From assembly GCA_964635055.1 (NCBI GenBank), contig CAZWMT010000002.1, positions 130,550 through 194,549 of the forward strand: a DNA stretch of 64,000 nt. The letters run 5' to 3'. The notes under the pieces were generated by a model. It was not told the DNA's origin. It did not search any database and saw only the letters and a list, made by a program, of their open reading frames with translations. The position numbers and the translations under genes are program-made. Source of the stretch: an uncultured Microthrixaceae bacterium (lineage in GTDB: Bacteria > Actinomycetota > Acidimicrobiia > Acidimicrobiales > DATDAH01). Below are positions 31,736 to 38,299 of this stretch, in pieces (positions within the stretch are counted from its first letter, which is position 1; each line of letters begins with the position of its first letter).

Positions 31736-32872
31736 TTAGCCGACCGCCGCCGCTGCTTCGTTCAGGGCGTCGAGGTGGCCGGTGGCGTCGAGGTACTCGT
31801 TGACCCAGCGCTCGATGACCGCGGCGGACTTCTCGACCTTCTCGAACTGGCCGACCACCTGGCCGACCGGGTTGAAGGCCACATCGACGGTCTGGTCGGG
31901 CCAGCGGTGCGTGGCCGACACGGCCATGCCCGACACCATGTACTGGAGCGGCATGCCGAGGGGCTCGGGGTTGCCCTCGGCCTCCCAGGCCTCGGTCCAG
32001 TCGTTGCGGAGCATGCGGCAGGGCTTGCCGGTGAACGAGCGGGAGCGGACGGTGTCGCGCGAGCCGGCCTCGATGTAGGCCTGCTGCTGCACCGGGGTGT
32101 TCTCCGCCTCCTCGACCATCAGCCACTGCGAACCCGACCAGGCGCCCTGGCAGCCGAGGGCCAGCGCCGCCGCGATCTGCTGGCCGCTGCCGATGCCGCC
32201 GGCGGCGAGCACAGGGCGGGGGGCCACGGCCTTCACCACCTGGGGCCACAGCACGATCGAGCCCACCTCGCCGCAGTGGCCGCCGCCCTCGCCGCCCTGG
32301 GCGATGATGATGTCGACATCAGCGGCGGCGTGCTTCATGGCCTGGTACGGCGAGCCGCACAGCGCCGCCACCTTGCGGCCGGCGTCGTGGATGTGGGTGA
32401 TCATGTCCGGCGGGGGCGTGCCCAGCGCGTTGGCGATCAGCGTCATCTTGGGGTGGTTCAACGCGATCTCGACCTGCGGCGTCGCGGTGGCCTCGGTCCA
32501 GCCCAGCAGCTGCAAGGAGTTGTCGTCACCCTCCTCGAGGGGCACGCCGTGGTCCTTGAGCAGGTTGCGGGCGAAGTCGAGGTGGCCCTGGGGGACCATG
32601 TCCTGGAGCATCTTGGTGAGGTCGTCGGCGGACATGTCCGCGTCCATGCCCTCGTACTTGTTGGGGATCACGATGTCGACGCCGTAGGGGTGGTCGCCGA
32701 TGTGCTCGTCGATCCAGTTGAGCTCGATCTCGAGCTGCTCGGTCGAGAAGCCCACGGCGCCGAGCACGCCGAAGCCGCCGGCCTTCGACACCGCCACGAC
32801 GACGTCGCGGCAGTGGGTGAAGGCGAAGATGGGGAACTCGATCCCCAGGTCGTCACAGATGGGTGTGCGCAT
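31736..32872 (-). CDS. Nitronate monooxygenase (NMO/2-nitropropane dioxygenase-like) FMN oxidoreductase
   Basis: IEFPIFAFTHCRDVVVAVSKAGGFGVLG..IIAQGGEGGGHCG..LAAGGIGSG are NMO family signatures. Confidence 0.88.
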   Translation of the reverse strand: MRTPICDDLGIEFPIFAFTHCRDVVVAVSKAGGFGVLGAVGFSTEQLEIELNWIDEHIGDHPYGVDIVIPNKYEGMDADMSADDLTKMLQDMVPQGHLDFARNLLKDHGVPLEEGDDNSLQLLGWTEATATPQVEIALNHPKMTLIANALGTPPPDMITHIHDAGRKVAALCGSPYQAMKHAAADVDIIIAQGGEGGGHCGEVGSIVLWPQVVKAVAPRPVLAAGGIGSGQQIAAALALGCQGAWSGSQWLMVEEAENTPVQQQAYIEAGSRDTVRSRSFTGKPCRMLRNDWTEAWEAEGNPEPLGMPLQYMVSGMAVSATHRWPDQTVDVAFNPVGQVVGQFEKVEKSAAVIERWVNEYLDATGHLDALNEAAAAVG

Positions 32873-32902
32873 TGGTGGTGGGTCCTTTCACGGGGTTCTT
32901 GG

Positions 32903-34123
32903 TCACCAGGTGACGGGCATCCGCTTGATGCCGTTGACGAAGTCGCTGCGGAGCCGGACGGGCGGGCCGTCCAGCGCGATGTTCGGGAGGCGGTCGACGA
33001 TCTGGCGCATGGTGGCCTTGATCTCGGCCCGGGCCAGGCTGGCGCCCAGGCAGTAGTGCACGCCGCCACCGCCGAAGGCGACGTGGTCGTTCGGGGTGCG
33101 TCCGACGTCGAAGACGTGGGGGTCCGGGAACACGGCGTCGTCGCGGTTGGCCGACGCGTAGTAGATGACCACCTTGTCGCCGGCCTTGATGGGGACGCCG
33201 GAGAGCTCGGTGTCGCGGGTGGCGGTGCGCCGGAAGTTGTGGATCGAGCTGCCCCAGCGCAGCATCTCGTCGACCGCGGTGTCCCACAGCGACGGGTCGT
33301 CGCGGAGGCGCTGGGCCTGGTCGGGATGGTCCAGCAGGGCCAGCAGCGAGTGGTTGATGAGGTTGCGGGTGGTCTCGTTGCCGGCCACCACCAGGCTGAT
33401 GAAGAACAGGTCGAGCTCCATGTTGTCGAGGCGCTCGCCGTCCAGCTCGGCCTCGACCAGGGCGGTCATCAAGTCATCGCGCGGGTTCTGGCGGCGGTCC
33501 TCGGCGGTGGCGTCGCAGAGGGCGTAGACCTCCATCGACGCGAGCTCAGGGTTGACGTGGGCGAACTCGGGGTCGTCACGCGACCCGATCAGGTCGTTGG
33601 ACGCCTCGAACATGCGCGGCCACTGCTCCTTCTCGAGGCCGATCATCTCGCAGATCATCTGGACGGGGACCTGGGCGGCGATGTCGGCCACGAACTCGGC
33701 CTCGCCGCGTTCGATGACGTTGTCGATGACCCGTTCGGCGCGCTGCTCGATGTCCTCGACCAGCTGGGCGATCCTGCGCGGGGTGAACGCCCGCGACACC
33801 AGGCGACGGACGCGGTTGTGCTTGGGCGGGTCCATGTTGAGGATGGACAGGCTCAGCTGGGCCATCGACTCCTCGTCCTGGGTGGGGATGAAGGTGGCGC
33901 CCAGCGCGCTGGAGAAGGTCTCCCAGTCCTGGCTCACGGCGCGCACGTCGGCGTGCTTGGTGACCGCCCAGAACCCCGTGTCGCCCGGTTCGGGGTGCCA
34001 GTAGACCGGCGCCTCGCGACGCAGCCGGTCGAACTGGTCGTGGGGGACGGTGCGCCCCCACGTCTCGGCCAGCAGGTCGATGCCCTCGAGGCCTGCGGTG
34101 GTGGGTTCGTCGGTCATGGTCAT
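32903..34123 (-). CDS. Cytochrome P450 (CYP124/125/142-like by motif)
   Basis: LVVAGNETTRN (I-helix), EMLRW (ExxR), FGGGGVHYCLG (heme Cys). ATG 34123 overlaps the upstream TetR stop (ATGA). Only the 3' 406 codons of ORF 32903..34675 are coding. Confidence 0.92.
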   Translation of the reverse strand: MTMTDEPTTAGLEGIDLLAETWGRTVPHDQFDRLRREAPVYWHPEPGDTGFWAVTKHADVRAVSQDWETFSSALGATFIPTQDEESMAQLSLSILNMDPPKHNRVRRLVSRAFTPRRIAQLVEDIEQRAERVIDNVIERGEAEFVADIAAQVPVQMICEMIGLEKEQWPRMFEASNDLIGSRDDPEFAHVNPELASMEVYALCDATAEDRRQNPRDDLMTALVEAELDGERLDNMELDLFFISLVVAGNETTRNLINHSLLALLDHPDQAQRLRDDPSLWDTAVDEMLRWGSSIHNFRRTATRDTELSGVPIKAGDKVVIYYASANRDDAVFPDPHVFDVGRTPNDHVAFGGGGVHYCLGASLARAEIKATMRQIVDRLPNIALDGPPVRLRSDFVNGIKRMPVTW

Positions 34124-34866
34124 GCGGTGGATGCTCCTGTCAGTTGGTCGCCGGCCGGCGTGGCGTCGGCGGCGGTGCGTCTCGTTCCCGCGACCACGCC
34201 GCGCAGGGCGCCGAGGGCGAGGTCGTCGTCGACGGTGGAGGGGTCGACGCGGCGCATCATCTCGAGCCCGAGCAGCACGCCGATCACCGCCGGGCCCAGT
34301 CCCCTCTCTGAGGGGTCGCTCGGGCCTGCTCTGCGCTCTGGGGGGTCGCTCGGGCCCGCTCCCCGCTCTGAGGGGTCGCTCGGGCCGGCTCCCCGCTCTG
34401 AGGGGCCGCTCGGGCCCGGCCCGGTCGAGTCGTCGCCGGACTGGCCGGCCAGCTCGACGATGCCCCGCCAGGCGCCCCGGTAGCGGCGCACGAGGTGCTC
34501 GCGGGCCACCGGGTTGCGGGCGGCGTGGGTCCACAGCTCGAGCTCGAGGGTGATCCAGCGGTCGCCGCCCACCACCGGCGCGGACACGTTGCGCCACAGC
34601 ACGCCGAGGCGCTCGTCGAGGGTGCCGGCGGTGGCCAACTCGGCCCCGATCACCGCGCCAAGCTCCTCCACCCACGTGTCGAGCAGGGCGAACAGCACGC
34701 CGTCCTTGCCGCCGAAGTGGTCGTACACCGCCCCCGACGTGCGGTCGGCCCGCTCGGCGATGGCGTCGATCGACGTGCCGTCCACGCCGCGCTCGGCGAA
34801 CAGCTCTGCTGCGGCGAGCAGCAGCCGGCGGCGGGTGTCGGCCCGCCGCTCCCCCTGAGTGGCCAC
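34120..34866 (-). CDS. TetR/AcrR family regulator carrying a 4x decapeptide repeat insertion
   Basis: TRRRLLLAAAELFAERGVDGTSIDAIAERADRTSGAVYDHFGGKDGVLFALL (HTH). The insert is GPSGPSERGA-GPSDPSERGA-GPSDPPERRA-GPSDPSERGL. GTG 34866 is a leaderless candidate. Confidence 0.88.
   Translation of the reverse strand: MATQGERRADTRRRLLLAAAELFAERGVDGTSIDAIAERADRTSGAVYDHFGGKDGVLFALLDTWVEELGAVIGAELATAGTLDERLGVLWRNVSAPVVGGDRWITLELELWTHAARNPVAREHLVRRYRGAWRGIVELAGQSGDDSTGPGPSGPSERGAGPSDPSERGAGPSDPPERRAGPSDPSERGLGPAVIGVLLGLEMMRRVDPSTVDDDLALGALRGVVAGTRRTAADATPAGDQLTGASTA
34296..34425. repeat. 30-bp tandem repeat (~4 copies) inside the TetR coding sequence
   Basis: Units of ...CTCTGAGGGGTCGCTCGGGCC(N)GCTC(N)(N)CG... 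at about 34306, 34336, 34366 and 34396. In-frame (10 codons per unit). Confidence 0.9.
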
Positions 34867-34872
34867 GGCGAA

Positions 34873-34890
34873 AGCATAGGACGTCCTATG
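34873..34890 (-). promoter_or_regulatory. Perfect 16-bp palindrome (TetR operator candidate) overlapping a -10 box, 8 nt upstream of the TetR start
   Basis: CATAGGACGTCCTATG at 34875-34890 is its own reverse complement. On the minus strand, TATGCT (34878-34873) lies 6 nt before GTG 34866. Confidence 0.55.
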
Positions 34891-35050
34891 TATCTCGGCG
34901 AACCGATGAGAAGTAGCGGCAGGTGGGTGGACGACGCCCCCGGCAGACGCGCACGCCGAGCCGACCGCTCGCCGCCGGAGAGCATCCCCGCCTCCTGCCG
35001 GGGTAGGGACGGTCCAGAGGAGCGCGCCTGCGGCACCGACGGCTGAGCTT

Positions 35051-35138
35051 TGGCGGAGGGAGCGGGATTCGAACCCGCGGGACCTTGCGGCCCACTGGTT
35101 TTCAAGACCAGCGCATTCGTCCGCTCTGCCATCCCTCC
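35051..35138 (-). tRNA. tRNA-Ser (anticodon UGA), CCA-encoded, long variable arm
   Basis: Sense strand: GGAGGGA acceptor pairs with TCCCTCC, then G and CCA. Anticodon stem-loop is CTGGT-CTTGAAA-ACCAG (TGA at 35104-35102). Variable arm is GTGGGCCGCAAGGTCCC. T-arm has GGTTCGAATCC. Length 88 nt. Confidence 0.93.
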
Positions 35139-35180
35139 GGCGACGAGGCTAGCGGCGTCGGTCTGGTTGCCCGGCGGCGT

Positions 35181-35672
35181 TCAGGTGAACGCCGCGAACA
35201 GGATCGTCATGGCCCCGACGCCGATGCCGGCGAGCGTGAGCATCCGGTGGAAGGTCTTGTCGCTCTCGGCGGCGATCTGGTGGGCGACGTCCACCCGCAG
35301 CTCGTTGATCTGGCGGCCCACGTCCAGGCGCAGCTCGACGACCTCGGACCGCAGGTCATCGAGCTTGCTGTTGAACTCGGCCCGGAGTGCGTCGAGCTTG
35401 CGGTCGAACTCGGCGTTCTGCGCTTCGAAGCGCCTGTCGATGCCGGCGTTCTGTTCGGTGAAGCGCTGGTCGATGTCGGCTCGGATGGCGATCAGTCGGG
35501 CGTCGATGCCGGCGTTCTGTTCGGTGAAGCGCTGGTCGATGTCGGCTCGGATCACGATCAGCTGGGCGTCGATGCCGGCGTTCTGCTCCGCGAGGCGCCG
35601 GTCGAGGTGCTCCCGGGTGACCGACTCCTCCACGTCGCGGGCCGGGAAGTGCGACAGCACGGCTTCGGTCAC
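35181..35672 (-). CDS. Coiled-coil protein with C-terminal TM anchor and 22-aa tandem repeats
   Basis: The repeat IDA(Q/R)LI(V/A)IRADIDQRFTEQNAG occurs twice, followed by a related third unit. The C-terminal TM is MLTLAGIGVGAMTILFAAF. Start is uncertain (GTG 35672 is preceded by GGGAGAGGAG). Only the 3' third of ORF 35181..36713 is coding. Confidence 0.6.
   Translation of the reverse strand: MTEAVLSHFPARDVEESVTREHLDRRLAEQNAGIDAQLIVIRADIDQRFTEQNAGIDARLIAIRADIDQRFTEQNAGIDRRFEAQNAEFDRKLDALRAEFNSKLDDLRSEVVELRLDVGRQINELRVDVAHQIAAESDKTFHRMLTLAGIGVGAMTILFAAFT
35436..35590. repeat. 66-bp tandem repeat (about 2.4 copies) within the coiled-coil gene
   Basis: GTCGATGCCGGCGTTCTGTTCGGTGAAGCGCTGGTCGATGTCGGCTCGGAT... 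starts at 35436, 35502 and 35568. Confidence 0.9.
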
Positions 35673-35952
35673 CTCCTCTCCCAGCAACGGGACGAACGCG
35701 TTGCAGACGGTGTTGCGGTGCTTCTCCTGCAGCGCCTTGGGCGGTGCTCCTGACGGTGGTGCCGGACGGGTGCGGGGAAGCGGCCTCAGGCTACCCAGGC
35801 TCACCGCCGGTGGACAGGCCCTTCGTCCGGAGCGGACGGTCCCTCGTCCGGATGGGGATGCGCAGGACCGTGGGCCGCCGCCAGGGGCCGCCGGGATGCG
35901 GCTGGCGGCGACGGCGATGCCGAGGGCACCACCGCCTGGGAGACTGCCGGGC

Positions 35953-36447
35953 ATGAAGCGAGGTGTGGTGGGCTTCGGTGGGGTGATGGCCCTGGCCGGC
36001 GCCTTCACCGCGGTGGTGGGCGCCGGCCCGCCAACGGGGGCCGAGACGTTCTTCGCGGTGAGCGAGCGGGCCAGCGTGACGTCCGGGGGCATCGAGGGCG
36101 ACCACCTGTCCACCGCCCCGTTCGTGTCCGCCGACGGCGACTCGATCGTCTTCCTGTCGGATGCCACCAACCTGGTGGGCGGGGATGCCAACGCGACGCG
36201 CGACGCGTTCGTGCGCCGGCGGTCGACGGGAGCGACCACGCGGGTGTCGGTGGGTGACGACGAGCAGGAGGGCAACGGCGAGGTCGAGGACGCGGCGATC
36301 TCCGCAGACGGGCGATACGTCGCGTTCGCCTCGCGGGCCACCGACCTGGTGGCCGACGACACGAACAAAGCGGTCGATGTGTTCGTGCGGGACACCCAGC
36401 TCGGCACCACCAACCGGGTCAGCTTGACCGACGGCGACGCCAGGTGA
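35953..36447 (+). CDS. Secreted PD40/TolB-like beta-propeller repeat protein, N-terminal part (signal peptide + 2 blades); likely the 5' portion of a frameshifted gene
   Basis: MKRGVVGFGGVMALAGAFTAVVGAGPPTGAE signal. Blades have ISADGRYVAFASRATDLVADDTNKAVDVFVRD. The ORF ends in TGA 36445-36447 in the middle of a blade. Confidence 0.7.
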   Translation: MKRGVVGFGGVMALAGAFTAVVGAGPPTGAETFFAVSERASVTSGGIEGDHLSTAPFVSADGDSIVFLSDATNLVGGDANATRDAFVRRRSTGATTRVSVGDDEQEGNGEVEDAAISADGRYVAFASRATDLVADDTNKAVDVFVRDTQLGTTNRVSLTDGDAR

Positions 36448-38033
36448 GTGGGTACAGCGGCGGGCCCTCGATCTCCGGCGCCGGGCGGTACGTGGCCTTC
36501 TCCACGGACGCGCCACTCGTGCCCGCCGACACCAACGCCCACACCGACGTGTACGTCCGCGACACGGTGGCTGCGTCGACGACCCTGGCCAGTGTGTCGA
36601 GCGGCGGCACGCTCGGCGACGGTTCGTCGTTCCTGGCGGTGATCTCCGCGGACGGTGGACGGGTCGCCTTCATGTCCGACGCCACCACGCTCGTGGCCGA
36701 CGACACGAACCACATGACCGATGTGTTCGTGCGTGACCTGACCGCGGGCGGCACCAGCCTGGTCAGCGTGGCCGACTCGGGGGATCAGGGCGATCTTCGC
36801 TCCGAGCTCCCGGCCATCTCCGCCGACGGCGCCGTCGTGGCGTTCCGCTCAGCCTCCACCACCCTCGTCCCGGACGACACCAACCGGGTGCCCTCGGGTG
36901 GCTCGGACAGCGGCATGGACGTGTTCGTCCGTGATCTGGCCACGGGCCACACCGAGCGGGTGAGCGTGTCGTCCGGCGGCGGTGAGGCCCACGGGTTCTC
37001 CGCGGGGCCCTCGCTGTCGAGCGATGGTCGGTACGTCGCCTTCGACTCGAGCGCCGCCGACCTCGTCGCCGACGACGCCAACGGTGAGGTGCAGGACGTG
37101 TTCCGCCACGACCGCCAGACGGGTGAGACCGTCCTCGCCAGCCGCTCGTCGAACGGTGCGCAGGGGGCGCACGGCTCCACCGAGGGAGCGTTGTCCGCCG
37201 ACGGCACGACGATGGCGTTCTTCTCCTACGCGACGAACCTCGTGCCCGGCGACTCGAACGAGGCAGGCGACGTGTTCGTCGCCTGGGCCACGACCGCGTC
37301 GCTCACCCTCACGAAGGCGGCCGACGAGTCGGCCGTCGCGGTGGGCGACGACATCCACTACCGGCTGACGGTCGAGAACACCGGCGACGTCGCGCTCACC
37401 GGCGTGACCGTCACCGATCCGGCGGCGCCCGGCTGCGACACGGCCGTCGGCACGCTGGCCGTCGCCGAGGAGCAGACGCTTGACTGCGTGCACACCGCCG
37501 TCGAGGCCGATGCGGGCACGTTCTCGAACACCGCGATCGCCGACGCCGACCAGACCGCGGCGGTGGCGTCGAACCAGGTTGATGTGGCGGTGACCACGCC
37601 GCCGCGACCCGATCTGGTGATCCGCCGCAAGGGTGGTCCCCGCGTCGGTGCCGGGATCGTCGATGCCGACGCCGCCGGCCAGACCGTCACCGTCGGCCGG
37701 GCCCGCGGCGGCCGGGGCATCTTCTACGTCCAGGTCGTCAACGCCGGGCTCGAGCCGGGCACCTTCCGCGTGGTGCGGGTGGGTGCCGCCGATCCCCACG
37801 TGTCGATGCGGGTGTTCCAGGGCCGCTCCAGCGTCGAGGTCACCGACCGGATCCTGCGGCGCACCTACCGGACGCGATCGCTGGCGCCGGGCGAGGCCAT
37901 GACACTGCGGATCGAGCTGTCGGTCGGCGCCGGCGCGCCCCACGGCGGCACCGCCGTGACGCTGCTGCGGGCCCGCTCGGACGGCCCGACCGTGCGCCGC
38001 GACACCGTCGGCGCGGCCGTGCACGTCCGCTGA
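36444..38033 (+). CDS. PD40/TolB-like beta-propeller repeats + DUF11-like domain + C-terminal domain (continuation of the preceding ORF in the -1 frame)
   Basis: Starts mid-blade (SGYSGGPSISGAGRYVAFSTDAPLVPADTNAHTDVYVRD) and has no signal peptide. Five more blades follow, then LTLTKAADESAVAVGDDIHYRLTVENTGDVALTGVTVTDP (DUF11-like). Confidence 0.7.
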   Translation: MSGYSGGPSISGAGRYVAFSTDAPLVPADTNAHTDVYVRDTVAASTTLASVSSGGTLGDGSSFLAVISADGGRVAFMSDATTLVADDTNHMTDVFVRDLTAGGTSLVSVADSGDQGDLRSELPAISADGAVVAFRSASTTLVPDDTNRVPSGGSDSGMDVFVRDLATGHTERVSVSSGGGEAHGFSAGPSLSSDGRYVAFDSSAADLVADDANGEVQDVFRHDRQTGETVLASRSSNGAQGAHGSTEGALSADGTTMAFFSYATNLVPGDSNEAGDVFVAWATTASLTLTKAADESAVAVGDDIHYRLTVENTGDVALTGVTVTDPAAPGCDTAVGTLAVAEEQTLDCVHTAVEADAGTFSNTAIADADQTAAVASNQVDVAVTTPPRPDLVIRRKGGPRVGAGIVDADAAGQTVTVGRARGGRGIFYVQVVNAGLEPGTFRVVRVGAADPHVSMRVFQGRSSVEVTDRILRRTYRTRSLAPGEAMTLRIELSVGAGAPHGGTAVTLLRARSDGPTVRRDTVGAAVHVR

Positions 38034-38135
38034 GCGGTGCGGGGGCGCGGGTCCTCCGCGGTCGCGGGTTCGATCCGGGTCGGGGCGCGAGACCCGACAC
38101 TCGAGACGCCGGCTCCGGCGACCGAGTGGCCCCTG

Positions 38136-38247
38136 CGTTCTGGTGGCTGGATCGTGTCGTGACGGTGGCGTTCGAGCCACCGGAAGGGTGGGTTGCTCGT
38201 TCTGGTGGCTGGATCGTGTCGTGACGGTGGCGTTGGAGCCACCGGAA
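38136..38247. repeat. Intergenic hairpin repeat family B: two 50-bp copies, 62-bp period
   Basis: CGTTCTGGTGGCTGGATCGTGTCGTGACGGTGGCGTT(C/G)GAGCCACCGGAA at 38136-38185 and 38198-38247 (one mismatch). Arms TTCTGGTGGCT and AGCCACCGGAA can pair. Confidence 0.9.
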
Positions 38248-38299
38248 CGGGCGGGACGGTGACCGCCTCGCGCTCGCTGGAGCGCGGCGTGCGCCGTGC

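Noticed and set aside
38055-38100. A tRNA-like fragment (GGTCGCGGGTTCGATCC) 3 kb from tRNA-Ser. It could be an att-site remnant marking an integrated island.
   Set aside because: No cloverleaf can be folded. The match is limited to a T-arm-like 17-mer, and it is in inverted rather than direct orientation relative to the tRNA-Ser 3' end. No integrase or other mobile-element gene lies between them.
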